Part shown: positions 9,756 to 19,632 of the stretch, piece after piece
How the letters are laid out: each line of letters opens with the position of its first letter
Position numbering within the stretch: the first letter of the stretch is position 1
DNA from: a virus
Strand: one strand, 5' to 3'
IMG/VR virus record: IMGVR_UViG_3300029787_000021
Span: 1-64,000 of that record
DNA length: 64,000 nt
The notes under the pieces: generated by a model
What the model was told of the DNA's origin: nothing
Database searches by the model: none
The model's input: the letters and a program-made list of their open reading frames with translations, nothing else
Position numbers and translations under genes: made by a program

Positions 9756-12341
9756 TTATTTTTTTCTTCTTTTATGTCCGTGGTTAGATGAAGTAATAAC
9801 TTTTAATTCATTCAAAGGAATATTTTTTACTCGCTTACTACCTTCCTTGAAAAATACATCATAATGAGTAACTGTTCCGTCTTCTAATAAAGTATGTTGA
9901 CCTTCTAAACAAAGTCCATGTCCATATTTTTCATGTAGTACATGGTTAGCACAATCGTGTTCTATTTCTTTATCGTAATCTTTTTTTTCTTTTTCAATAT
10001 CTTTTTTTTCTTCTTTTAGATTCAATTTGTAGTGATCAGCGATTGCTTCGATTACCTCTTCTGCTTCATATTGTGTTGAGAATCCTGATTCGTTTGCTCT
10101 ATCATCTATAATACGGGTAATCATATCCAAATCACCTCTACCTTCTTTAACTAGCTTATCAATATATTTAGCTTGACCAGCATGTCCTTTAGAAGACTTT
10201 TTTAAAGATTTACTCATATCTTTTAATTTTTTCTTTTCTCCTTTATCAAGATCAGCTTCATCTAATTCATCTTCTTCTTCATCATAATATTTTTCGATAC
10301 CGTCAATCATAGATTCTAAAGTAGTATCGTATCTATTATAACTTGATCCCATATTAAATACACCATAAGAATCTCCTTTACTTAAGTAGCTTGGAAATTC
10401 TTGTTTTATTATCTCTCTAGCTTGGTCTCCTAAATCATTTACTCTACCTAATATATCTCTTAATTCATCTAAAGCATCTTCTTTGTCTACAGATAATTCA
10501 TCTAACTTTTGATTTTTACCTATATTTGCTACTTTATCTTGTAATGTTTTTTCTAAGTACTTCTTTTGTTTTGTAAGTTTTTTTAATTGTCCTATTAAAC
10601 TTTTATCTCCAGCATTATACTTTTTACCTAACTCTTTCATGTTATCAATTAAAACGTCATAAGCTTTTTGTATTCTAGCAACAGATTCTTCGTTAGTTTT
10701 TTTAGGTTTAACTATTTTAGTATATGCCATTGTCATTGGTGACTCATTCATATCGTACTGATCTATTTGTTTTTTTATTTTGTAAATCTTTTCATCTATA
10801 TCATTAAGTATACTTCCATAGTCATCTGCAATAGGACCTCCTTCTGGTTCTGCTTCTTGTTCCATGTTTCTAAGTATGTCTTCTCTTTCTTCTTCTAAAT
10901 CTTTAAGTCTTATTCTTAAGTCCATAGCTTCTTCTTGATCAATTCCACGAGGATCAAAATCCTCATCTATATCACTTACCGAAGAATCAACTACTTCAAT
11001 ACCGTGAGCTTGTAAATCATTAACTGCATCGTACATAAATGAATCTGCTTGTCCAGTTATAATATCATCAGATCTAAACGTAAAATAGAAAATAACATTA
11101 CCTGCTCCGTCTTTATCAACAATATCCATTTTAACAGAATTACCATCTATATTTCCATCTAAGATGTGTAAAGCTGAGTTATATTCTCTTCTTGGTACTT
11201 TAATGTAATGATGATCATCTCCTTTTCCTTCATCTAAAGGTTGATCATCATCTAAATAAGCTTTTATTAATTGTCTTATAAAGATCTGTCTTTCACCTTT
11301 ATCCCCTGCAAAATCAGCATGAACGAAATCTTCTAAATCATATGCATTTTCTACTTCAGCGAATTTATCAATCATACCTTGAAGTTCTGCTTTATTATCG
11401 AAGTAACCTTCAGCATATTGTACTATCCATACATCAAATGCTGCTTTTTGGCCTGAGTTAAGTTTGCTAAAATCCATGCTATTGAGGTCATCATTAGCAT
11501 CGTAACTTTCTCTTTCATTTAAATCTCCTGCGCTAGGAAACATATATCCATAATTAGCACCAAAGAACTCATTGAAATCATCCATCCCTCTTTCATTGCC
11601 TTCTTCAGTTCCGTCCCATTTACCATCTTGATCCCAATCTTTATGGGTTCTGAAGTATTCAGATACTATTCTATCTGATATCATACTAACTCCTGTATTA
11701 GGATTTCTATAATGGTCTTGAATTAGTTTAGCTACTGATTCTTCTTGTGTAGATTCTGTTATTTCATTTAAAGATCTAAAATGTTTTTGTAGTTCATTTG
11801 CTATAACATCTACATTTACTAAAGGCTTACCAGAAGGCATAACTCCTACATCTGCTATTTCCTTATCAAAAGACATATCGTTTAAATGTAGTGTATCGTC
11901 TTCTATATAAAAAGAAAATTCTTCTTCTCCTTTTTCTCCTTTGAATACTGCTTTAATATCAAAACTATTAGGTCTAATACGAATACCCTTCATACTAGCT
12001 AATTCTTCTCCTACTGCTAATAAAGCTTTAGCTGTTGCTTTCCCTACTTCCATAGCAATTGCAGCGGTTTCGTTTTGACCAAATTGAACTCCTTTGTCTT
12101 GTTCGGTTAATTTTACGTTAATACCTTTTTTAGCTAATTTTTCTGCCTTAGACTCGTCGTCAGTTTGTACTACCCCCTCTTGTTCGTTAAGTTTTTTCTC
12201 TAAACCTTCTTTTAAAGTTCTAAGTTCTTGTATTTTTAATTGAGTATTTTTTTTCGTTTGGTTTTTGTACCCGCCTGTTTTGATAGAATTCAATGCTTTT
12301 TCACAGATACTCAACTTATTTTTTATTTCTTCGTAAGTCAT
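9756..12341 (-). CDS. Large acidic mosaic protein, probable head-internal polyprotein
   Basis: Repeated LNE/LDE/LKE/MNE sites separating short blocks; His/Cys-rich C-terminal domain (HDCANH...HYDV...HGH). Confidence 0.55.
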   Translation of the reverse strand: MTYEEIKNKLSICEKALNSIKTGGYKNQTKKNTQLKIQELRTLKEGLEKKLNEQEGVVQTDDESKAEKLAKKGINVKLTEQDKGVQFGQNETAAIAMEVGKATAKALLAVGEELASMKGIRIRPNSFDIKAVFKGEKGEEEFSFYIEDDTLHLNDMSFDKEIADVGVMPSGKPLVNVDVIANELQKHFRSLNEITESTQEESVAKLIQDHYRNPNTGVSMISDRIVSEYFRTHKDWDQDGKWDGTEEGNERGMDDFNEFFGANYGYMFPSAGDLNERESYDANDDLNSMDFSKLNSGQKAAFDVWIVQYAEGYFDNKAELQGMIDKFAEVENAYDLEDFVHADFAGDKGERQIFIRQLIKAYLDDDQPLDEGKGDDHHYIKVPRREYNSALHILDGNIDGNSVKMDIVDKDGAGNVIFYFTFRSDDIITGQADSFMYDAVNDLQAHGIEVVDSSVSDIDEDFDPRGIDQEEAMDLRIRLKDLEEEREDILRNMEQEAEPEGGPIADDYGSILNDIDEKIYKIKKQIDQYDMNESPMTMAYTKIVKPKKTNEESVARIQKAYDVLIDNMKELGKKYNAGDKSLIGQLKKLTKQKKYLEKTLQDKVANIGKNQKLDELSVDKEDALDELRDILGRVNDLGDQAREIIKQEFPSYLSKGDSYGVFNMGSSYNRYDTTLESMIDGIEKYYDEEEDELDEADLDKGEKKKLKDMSKSLKKSSKGHAGQAKYIDKLVKEGRGDLDMITRIIDDRANESGFSTQYEAEEVIEAIADHYKLNLKEEKKDIEKEKKDYDKEIEHDCANHVLHEKYGHGLCLEGQHTLLEDGTVTHYDVFFKEGSKRVKNIPLNELKVITSSNHGHKRRKK

Positions 12342-12409
12342 ATTTTTCTTTTTACAGGTGTACTATAAAATGTAGTTTTTTATAAATAGATTGCATTTAT
12401 GTAATACTC

Positions 12410-12778
12410 CTATTTGTTTAATAGATCAACTGCTTGAGTTTCAAATATTAAACGTAGTATAATAGCACTTATTAGTGCAAATATAATCCATAATGCTTTG
12501 TTAACTCCATCTTTCCACCTATTTATCTCATCAATTTGACGTACTTTGTCTTGAAAATCAGGGTCATTTGCCTCTAATCTACGTCTAAAAGCTGAGTTTT
12601 GGTTGGTTTTTACAATAACTCCGTCTTCAGGATTAAGTAGAGTATACTTAAGCTCAGACATATCATCTTTTAACTCTCTTACATCGTCTACTAATGCTTT
12701 GAGTTCTCCATTCGGCATGTGCTTTTTGATATTAAGCAATTCTTTAAGAACGCTCTCTAATATTTGTTTCTGTGTCAT
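12410..12778 (-). CDS. Coiled-coil protein with one C-terminal TM helix (holin-like candidate)
   Basis: ALWIIFALISAIILRLIF hydrophobic segment; TATTTATA motif upstream at 12801. Confidence 0.45.
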   Translation of the reverse strand: MTQKQILESVLKELLNIKKHMPNGELKALVDDVRELKDDMSELKYTLLNPEDGVIVKTNQNSAFRRRLEANDPDFQDKVRQIDEINRWKDGVNKALWIIFALISAIILRLIFETQAVDLLNK

Positions 12779-12820
12779 TGAAAAATATTTTATATAGGTA
12801 TATAAATAAATATACCTTTT

Positions 12821-13396
12821 TTACTTAAGATGATCTTTAACCCATCCTATGTATTCGTAAATAGCTTCTTTAAACTTTTTATCTACTTTTCCTTTATTTC
12901 CTTTCCAATCCTCAACTACTCCTTGTTCAGTAACAAACGTATCTATTGAATTAACCTGGTCTAGCATCCACTGTTCAAGATCTTTAACAAATGCAGACAT
13001 ATTACCTTTTACCATGCTTTGTTCGTATGCTTCATAAAGACCATGTTTTCTTAGCTCAGCTTCGTATTTTATAGTACAGTTATAACAAAAGCCATGTATT
13101 TTATACATTTTTTTAGATAACCTATATTTCATACTACCCCCACATTTAGGGCAAGCTAGAGGTATTTTAATTGCTTTTTTAGCAGCATCTAGTTTTGTAA
13201 TATTTTGCTTAAGACCATTTTTGATAGTCCAGGTTTTTCCATTACTTTCCCAAACGTCTCCTTCTTTATGTCTTTTATTATTTTTACGATAGCCAACTCC
13301 TAATTTAGTTTTAGATGTAAAATCTTTATTTACTAAATTTCTTGCTCTTTGTAAGTCTGCTTCTTTAAATTCTTTTTTTAATAGGGATTCATTCAT
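12821..13396 (-). CDS. Hypothetical Zn-finger protein
   Basis: CPKC...CYNC. Confidence 0.6.
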   Translation of the reverse strand: MNESLLKKEFKEADLQRARNLVNKDFTSKTKLGVGYRKNNKRHKEGDVWESNGKTWTIKNGLKQNITKLDAAKKAIKIPLACPKCGGSMKYRLSKKMYKIHGFCYNCTIKYEAELRKHGLYEAYEQSMVKGNMSAFVKDLEQWMLDQVNSIDTFVTEQGVVEDWKGNKGKVDKKFKEAIYEYIGWVKDHLK

Positions 13397-13934
13397 AACC
13401 TAATTTTTTTAATTCATCTATAACAGGTGAGATATCTCCACCTTTACATCTTATAGCTATACCGTTACTATCATTCCATTCCTTAATATTAGATTTTTTA
13501 TCATCTATTAATATACTTGATGGATTAGCGTGTCTTTGCTTATCTTTTGAATATGCAAATATAACTTTTGGTTTAGGATTAAGATTATTTTTTACCCATA
13601 AGTTTTTACCTAATCTAGAGGTATCATTTCTTGAAGGTGAAGTAAGAAGATGCGGTCTATAAGGTTTAATAAAATCCCATAATGCTTGACCTCCAGGCAT
13701 CCAATCCATTCCTACCCAAAATTTTACTCCTATTTTTACATCTATAAGTTCCCAAAAAGCAGGAGTACTATACTTTTTTTCATATTCCTGAGGATTCATT
13801 CCAGTAAAGTGTTCAAACCTACCTTCAAAATTAGTTAATACACCATCCATATCACAGTAAATCTGGTATGGTGGAACTTCTTTCTGTTCCGGTAGTGGGT
13901 ATGTTTCCAATATGTTAGTCAGCTTTATATTCAT
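13389..13934 (-). CDS. HAD-superfamily 5'(3')-deoxyribonucleotidase-like phosphatase
   Basis: DMDGVL motif I, LTSP motif II, ILIDD motif IV. Confidence 0.85.
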   Translation of the reverse strand: MNIKLTNILETYPLPEQKEVPPYQIYCDMDGVLTNFEGRFEHFTGMNPQEYEKKYSTPAFWELIDVKIGVKFWVGMDWMPGGQALWDFIKPYRPHLLTSPSRNDTSRLGKNLWVKNNLNPKPKVIFAYSKDKQRHANPSSILIDDKKSNIKEWNDSNGIAIRCKGGDISPVIDELKKLGYE

Positions 13935-15099
13935 TTTTTATTTTATCTTCCCAGTTTCTAAAAGTAATATTACCTAGTAGGTATGCTTCTTTTTCTATTT
14001 CTTTTAAAGCATCATCTTCGTTAGTATTAGTACCATAATGCTTTCCTAATCTACCTTGTAAATTTTGCATATGATGAATCATTTCGTGTGAAAATGATCT
14101 CATTATATCTTTAGGATGTCTATTCATTATAAAAAGTACTAATTCTTTTTTAGCAGGACTATAATATGCTGTTCTACCAAAAAAGTCTTGAGCTTCTGAG
14201 ATATCTTTCTTTATTTTTATTTCAGGCAAAGGAGTTATTTCCATGCCTTCGTCTATCATATATTCTAATAAGGAACTCATAAAAGGTTTAAAATCAAAAC
14301 TACTAATAGAGTTATTATTAGCTAATGAAATTCTTATATGGTTTTGATTAAAATCTATATCGTAATAATCAGTACTTATTACTCCTTGTAGTTTATTATA
14401 AAGATAACCTAATCTTTCTCTTTCTTTAGATGGAAGTTGTTTTACTGATCTATCTTCTAGCAGAGCTTCTAAAGTATTAAAAGCTATTTCGCTCATTTCT
14501 TCTTGTATAATAGAAGACTTTAAGGCATTAAGTATAGTTAATAATTCTTTTCTATCTAATTCTTTCGGAAAAAAGTCTCTTATATCATCTAAACTTCCTT
14601 TCAAAGCAATATTACGTAAATTAGTTGCTCTAACACTCTGAGTAGCAGGATTACTAACTGCTAATCCCTTAGCATTAGGTACGTTTTTAAATGTAGTAAC
14701 TCTTTTTAAATCAGGTAAATCTTCTTCTCCTCTTATACCTGTAATAGCATAAAATTCTTCTTGAGGATTCGCTTTAGCATAATCTTTAGCTGCAAACATT
14801 GGATTTTTTTGTCCATCTTCTACAACTACTCCTGGTAAGTATTTAGAATATATCTCCCATATTTGATGTGCTTCTTCTTTAGTAATCCCATTTCTTTCAC
14901 CACCACCAGCAAAAATAATAACTTTATCTATTGTAGGTTTATCTCCTTTATCTTGTTTAAGTACGCTTAAACCTTTTTCTTCATAATCATTAATATCATA
15001 TACCTGTCCATTATAAGAATTTGAAAGTAGCTTTTTTACTACTTCAAAATGACCTTTATGGGGTGGTTTAAATGCTCCTGGGTATAATGCTATTGCCAT
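13915..15099 (-). CDS. HxGH nucleotidyltransferase (cytidylyltransferase-like) fused to a zincin-like HExxH domain
   Basis: YPGAFKPPHKGH at the N-terminus, RATNLR, and a C-terminal SHEMIHH...EKEA. Confidence 0.75.
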   Translation of the reverse strand: MAIALYPGAFKPPHKGHFEVVKKLLSNSYNGQVYDINDYEEKGLSVLKQDKGDKPTIDKVIIFAGGGERNGITKEEAHQIWEIYSKYLPGVVVEDGQKNPMFAAKDYAKANPQEEFYAITGIRGEEDLPDLKRVTTFKNVPNAKGLAVSNPATQSVRATNLRNIALKGSLDDIRDFFPKELDRKELLTILNALKSSIIQEEMSEIAFNTLEALLEDRSVKQLPSKERERLGYLYNKLQGVISTDYYDIDFNQNHIRISLANNNSISSFDFKPFMSSLLEYMIDEGMEITPLPEIKIKKDISEAQDFFGRTAYYSPAKKELVLFIMNRHPKDIMRSFSHEMIHHMQNLQGRLGKHYGTNTNEDDALKEIEKEAYLLGNITFRNWEDKIKNEYKAD

Positions 15100-15102
15100 T
15101 AA

Positions 15103-16035
15103 TTATAAAAAGTTTTGTATTTCTCTATCAATTTCTTCAGGAGATGAATGTTTAAGAAGTTCTTGAAACTGGGGTGAGTATAACATTGCTGCTATATTAT
15201 TTAATACTTCTTCATGAGTTGCATCTCTTTTATCTTTACCGTCTCTATATTTTTTTATAGCAAGTTTTAATTTATCAGCTCCAGGTCCTACACCGTTAGC
15301 TTGAAATGCTTTTAAAAATACTTTTTTTGCTGCTTTATCTTCAGATCTATTATTTTTATCAAAATCTATCCCAGATACTGCTTGATCAAAAGCTTTTTGT
15401 TCTTCAGGTGTTATTTCAACAGGTTTAAAAAAACTTGATCCTCCTACTCCTTTACTTATATTATATTTTTCTAAATATTCTTTTATACCATCTACTCCTT
15501 TTGTAGCTGCTACATCGAACCCTTCAATCTCTTTTTTAAACTTACCGCTATAATCGTTTACAAATATGGATAAATTACCTTTAAGTAGTTTACTAAATTC
15601 TTCAATTTTTTGATATACATTTCTCCAAGTAGAAAATACAGCTGAACCTGGTATGTTTCTTTTCCTGCTAAAATTTTGGATATAAGAAACCATTGGATGA
15701 GTATACACCATAACCATATATGTATCGTATCCTTGTTCTATTAATTTTTTAAGGGTGTTAGTAAAACGAATTCCTGATGCTGTAGTATCCCAAACGAAAG
15801 ATTCTTTTTTGTCTATAGCAGCATTTACGTCTTTATCATTTTGTGCTGCTGCTGGACCTAATTTATTATACATTGGACTGTCAGGATCTTCAACATATTT
15901 ATCAGCATTGTATTGTTTTAGGCTATCTAAACTAAGCTGATTAAGGACATATGATTTTCCTACACCTGCTCCTCCAGCCATTACTACTGCTTTCGGTCTG
16001 CCATTTTGTTCTAGTATTATATTTAATAGTTTCAT
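15103..16035 (-). CDS. P-loop kinase (AAA_33/zeta-toxin/PNK-kinase-like)
   Basis: GGAGVGKS Walker A, NAD, FVWDTT and NFSRKR lid; probable start MKLLNIILE at 16035. Confidence 0.75.
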   Translation of the reverse strand: MKLLNIILEQNGRPKAVVMAGGAGVGKSYVLNQLSLDSLKQYNADKYVEDPDSPMYNKLGPAAAQNDKDVNAAIDKKESFVWDTTASGIRFTNTLKKLIEQGYDTYMVMVYTHPMVSYIQNFSRKRNIPGSAVFSTWRNVYQKIEEFSKLLKGNLSIFVNDYSGKFKKEIEGFDVAATKGVDGIKEYLEKYNISKGVGGSSFFKPVEITPEEQKAFDQAVSGIDFDKNNRSEDKAAKKVFLKAFQANGVGPGADKLKLAIKKYRDGKDKRDATHEEVLNNIAAMLYSPQFQELLKHSSPEEIDREIQNFL

Positions 16036-16036
16036 A

Positions 16037-16999
16037 TTAATTATTAATTCTACCTCCTCTACTTGAACCACTTGAGCTTCTACCAGAAGAAGATGATGAT
16101 GAACTTCCTCTACTAATATTACTAGAGCTTCTGCTAGAGCTATTATAAGAAGGCCTGGTGGTGTTTATATTAAGGTTATTATTTGAGTTAATATTAGGAG
16201 TTCTATTGTATATTCTTATATTATTATTAGGCACATTATTAGGATTAGTATAAACTCTAGGTTTAACGTTTAATCTTTCTCTTAGTCCGTTTACAATATT
16301 ATTAAGATTATTTTCAGGTACACTTCTTCTTGGATTATTATATCTTGTAATAATATTATTTTCAATGTTAGAATTTACTCTATTGTTAATATTATTAGAG
16401 CCTCTTCTACCATTTATAAAAGCTATATTAGTATTTTCTCTACTTGAATTCCAAATTGCATTATATCCTGGGTTATTGTATGGTCCGTTATACCAATTAT
16501 TCCAAGGTCTGTAAGGTCTAAACCAATTGTGTCTCCATGGATTGTGCCAACTACTATATCCCCAGTAGTAAGGATAATTAAATGCCCAATCGTACCAAAA
16601 ATCATACCTATTAAAATATACATCAAAAGAATTAAACGGCCTCCAATAACTATATCTAAAATTATTTGCATACCAATTGTAAGGCTGGTCCATAGCGTAT
16701 TGAGCGAAATTCCATCTAAAGGTATTATCAGTTCTAAGTTTCCATTTTAATTGTGAGTACGATAATGTGTCTATCTTTACATCTGCTGGTACTTGTAAAA
16801 CAACCTCTTCAGGTCCATATATTGGATCGTAGTTTAAAGTACTAAGTCTATAGGTACTACAACTACATAAAAATAATAGAAGTAATCCCATAAGTAAGCC
16901 TTTAGTCCAAGATAACCAAGCTGCTTGATAAGAAGATATATTCCATTTTTCTAACATTCCGTAGAAAATACTTTTATGCCATTGTATAAATTTATTCAT
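16037..16999 (-). CDS. Lipoprotein with an aromatic-rich middle and an Asn/Ser/Gly/Arg low-complexity tail
   Basis: Hydrophobic stretch ending in LCSC lipobox; W/Y/N/P-rich region; SSSSSSGRSSSGSSRGG end, an architecture familiar from Bacteroidota lipoproteins. Confidence 0.65.
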   Translation of the reverse strand: MNKFIQWHKSIFYGMLEKWNISSYQAAWLSWTKGLLMGLLLLFLCSCSTYRLSTLNYDPIYGPEEVVLQVPADVKIDTLSYSQLKWKLRTDNTFRWNFAQYAMDQPYNWYANNFRYSYWRPFNSFDVYFNRYDFWYDWAFNYPYYWGYSSWHNPWRHNWFRPYRPWNNWYNGPYNNPGYNAIWNSSRENTNIAFINGRRGSNNINNRVNSNIENNIITRYNNPRRSVPENNLNNIVNGLRERLNVKPRVYTNPNNVPNNNIRIYNRTPNINSNNNLNINTTRPSYNSSSRSSSNISRGSSSSSSSGRSSSGSSRGGRINN

Positions 17000-17783
17000 T
17001 TCCTATTTTTAAAGTTGTAGGGTATTTGTAATAAATAGGCTCAGTTGTAGGGTGGTCTAACATATATAGATTGTAAATATTTTGAAATAATTTAAAGTTT
17101 TTATCTATATCATCTATCTGTAATAGTTTCCAACCCTTACCTTGTATTACATTTTTCTGTTTAGATGGACCTCTAGTATGAGCTTTTAACCAAATAATAC
17201 CAGTTCTATCTATTTTAATACCTCTAGATTCTTCTAATGCTTTAGCATAAGATGCTAGTTGAAGATCAAAAGATTTATGAATAGAGTTAGAAGTTTTAAT
17301 ATCTAATAACCAAGTTTCATTATTCATTTTAACTACTAAATCTGCTGTACCTGCATACTTATATTTATCTGACCATACAAAGTCTTCAGAAGATATCAGT
17401 TCAGGTTTAAAAGTTTCCCAAAAATCATAAAATTTTAATATCATTTCCCAAACTATTTGACTATACTTAGCTTTACCAAAATCATCCATCCAGCTTACCT
17501 CCTCTCCTAGTACGAGCTGTTCAGCAGCTTCGTGTACTTGAGTACCTTCTTTACCGGCACGTCTCATAATTAGATCGGCGTTATGCCCAACGTCTTTTAT
17601 CCATTGTTCAAAAAACTTATTTTTGGGCATATACTGGAGTATAGTAGTTACAGATGGATAAAATACTCCTTCCGATCTTTGATAAACTCTCCTATCAAGA
17701 AAGTTAATTTGTTTTAATTCTGGGTTAAATTCTAGTCTTTTCTTAGAATGTTCTTTTAATATATTTGTTCCTTGTTTAATCAT
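16992..17783 (-). CDS. PD-(D/E)XK exonuclease (Cas4/RecB-like phage exonuclease)
   Basis: PSVTTIL, GTQVH, AGTADL, DIKTS and QLASY motifs. Confidence 0.85.
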   Translation of the reverse strand: MIKQGTNILKEHSKKRLEFNPELKQINFLDRRVYQRSEGVFYPSVTTILQYMPKNKFFEQWIKDVGHNADLIMRRAGKEGTQVHEAAEQLVLGEEVSWMDDFGKAKYSQIVWEMILKFYDFWETFKPELISSEDFVWSDKYKYAGTADLVVKMNNETWLLDIKTSNSIHKSFDLQLASYAKALEESRGIKIDRTGIIWLKAHTRGPSKQKNVIQGKGWKLLQIDDIDKNFKLFQNIYNLYMLDHPTTEPIYYKYPTTLKIGNE

Positions 17784-18703
17784 AAACCTAGTTTATATTG
17801 CATAATAGCTTGAAGGTCGAGCTGTTTTGCTGTTTGTATATGTTTTGTGAATTCCACAAATCCCATTTCACTAGGATCTTTATCCTCCATTTTTACTAAG
17901 AAAACCTTTTTGCCCATATTTAAAAATTGCTCACTATATTGTAACGCTTTAGATTGGGCATCTTTATCAAGCGCTATGTAAATCTCTTCCGATTTACTTT
18001 GTACTAATTTCTTCATTAATGAATTACTAATAGATTTTCCTAAAATAGGAACTGCATTTCTTTTAATAGCAATTGCATCGAATACTCCTTCGCATATTAC
18101 AATAGGGGTATTCCAGTTAATAAAATTTTCAAATATTATTATATCTTTTGATACTTCCGGATTTTTGTATTTAAAGTAATCTCCGTTATAACTTCTTGCA
18201 ACAAAAAAGTTGAGCTGATTGGATTCAGAATAACTTGGGATAATAATTCTTCCTCCATATTCTCCACTTGTACAGTATCCAATACTATATTTAATAAAAT
18301 CATTATCGGTAAATCCTCTCTCATATAAATACTTTTTTATTATATTTCCTACATAAGACGTAGAAGTAGCATTACATAGTAATTGAAACTCTTTAGGAAG
18401 CTGAACTACTGTGTCAAGATTAAGTTTATAATTTTGACCTTTAGGTAGGTACTTAAGAACATCGTTTGCTTGTTCTTTAGGAACTTTTAATTGATATAAA
18501 AGCGACCTTATCGTTCTACCTTTAGTTTCACATACCCAACATTCCCATGGGTTTTCACCTTTTTCATTGGTTGCAAAATTAATCTCTAGTTTCTGTTTTC
18601 TATGATTACAAAAAGGACAGTGAAAAGCATGATTAGCTCTAGCTCTTTTACTTCCTTTGCCTAATATATTTTCGACAGAAGCTAATAAAACAGTATATTC
18701 CAT
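17780..18703 (-). CDS. DNA primase (Zn-finger plus TOPRIM)
   Basis: CPFC..H/CWVC, RIIIP, KYKNP, CEGVFDA, LDKDA and KDPSE motifs. Confidence 0.9.
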   Translation of the reverse strand: MEYTVLLASVENILGKGSKRARANHAFHCPFCNHRKQKLEINFATNEKGENPWECWVCETKGRTIRSLLYQLKVPKEQANDVLKYLPKGQNYKLNLDTVVQLPKEFQLLCNATSTSYVGNIIKKYLYERGFTDNDFIKYSIGYCTSGEYGGRIIIPSYSESNQLNFFVARSYNGDYFKYKNPEVSKDIIIFENFINWNTPIVICEGVFDAIAIKRNAVPILGKSISNSLMKKLVQSKSEEIYIALDKDAQSKALQYSEQFLNMGKKVFLVKMEDKDPSEMGFVEFTKHIQTAKQLDLQAIMQYKLGL

Positions 18704-18725
18704 AAAGTCTGTAACTACTCTATAC

Positions 18726-18757
18726 TAAGATAAGAAAAAATTATTAAAGAACCAACT
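18726..18757 (-). promoter_or_regulatory. Host-type (-33/-7) promoter upstream of the primase
   Basis: AGTTG-N16-TTCTTATCTTA, a variant of the repeated motif. Confidence 0.6.
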
Positions 18758-19196
18758 ATACGTCGATCATTTTTAACTTACCTGATTTAGGGTGTTGCAT
18801 AACGTTATCTCCTATAAAGTCAAGTTCTTCAGGATCGATACCTAATCTCTTTGCTTCTTTTTCAGTAGCTTCAATCCATTCTTCCGGAATATTTTGATTT
18901 AGAGGTGCAAGTACTTCCATAGTTATAATGCCTAATTTACTATGTATGGTTTCAACGTCATAAATAAAAGCAAAATTATTTGTTTTTTTTCCTTTAAGTT
19001 TTTGTGCATGTTCAAGTTCTACTGAGTCTGTAGTAACTTTTACGGCTTTACCGTTCAATAAGAATACTGTTCCATAATCTCCACTAGGTTTATCACTAAT
19101 ATATACTCCACCTTGGTCTTTAATTTTATCAACCTCAGCTTCAAAATCAGGATCATACTGAAGTACTTCTCCTAATGTGATTCTAGTTGTTTTCAT
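18756..19196 (-). CDS. Minimal protein-kinase-like fold protein
   Basis: SGDYGTVF glycine loop, AVKVT lysine, DFIGDNVM catalytic loop, terminal MID. Confidence 0.65.
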   Translation of the reverse strand: MKTTRITLGEVLQYDPDFEAEVDKIKDQGGVYISDKPSGDYGTVFLLNGKAVKVTTDSVELEHAQKLKGKKTNNFAFIYDVETIHSKLGIITMEVLAPLNQNIPEEWIEATEKEAKRLGIDPEELDFIGDNVMQHPKSGKLKMIDV

Positions 19197-19206
19197 AATA
19201 ACGTTT

Positions 19207-19632
19207 TTAATCTAGTGGACCGTAATCTCCTCTTGACATTGCATCGCCAAACTCTCGAGATTGTTTTGTATCTACACTTACATAGATAGGATGATCTCCA
19301 GCACCTTTAACTCCTACACCATAATAAGAACTAATTCTTATACCTTCCAATTTATTACCTCTTTTTTCATGCGACTCAACTACCTGGGCAATTATAGTTT
19401 TAATATCTTGTTTCCAGTTACCTTCAGGAAAAATTTCTTTTTGATTAGGGTTAAAAGAACTAGTATCAATAGGAACTTTAATACTTTGAATAGTGTCTGG
19501 TATTCTATCTACTGCTTTATAAAAGTCATCTAATGTATCTGCATTACCAATCCAGTTTTCAGTATATTTTTTTCCATTTATTATACTGGCGCTTTCTCTA
19601 AATCCTTCAAATATGATATTACTCAGTTTCAT
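19207..19632 (-). CDS. Hypothetical protein with MKLSNIIFE leader
   Basis: The start at 19632 removes most of the overlap with the upstream gene. Confidence 0.6.
   Translation of the reverse strand: MKLSNIIFEGFRESASIINGKKYTENWIGNADTLDDFYKAVDRIPDTIQSIKVPIDTSSFNPNQKEIFPEGNWKQDIKTIIAQVVESHEKRGNKLEGIRISSYYGVGVKGAGDHPIYVSVDTKQSREFGDAMSRGDYGPLD

Noticed and set aside
15103-16071. Zeta toxin of a toxin-antitoxin pair
   Set aside because: Only the generic P-loop kinase motifs are visible and there is no epsilon-like partner
16992-17783. Cas4 as part of a CRISPR-Cas locus
   Set aside because: There is no Fe-S cysteine set, no array and no other cas gene; its position beside the primase fits a phage exonuclease
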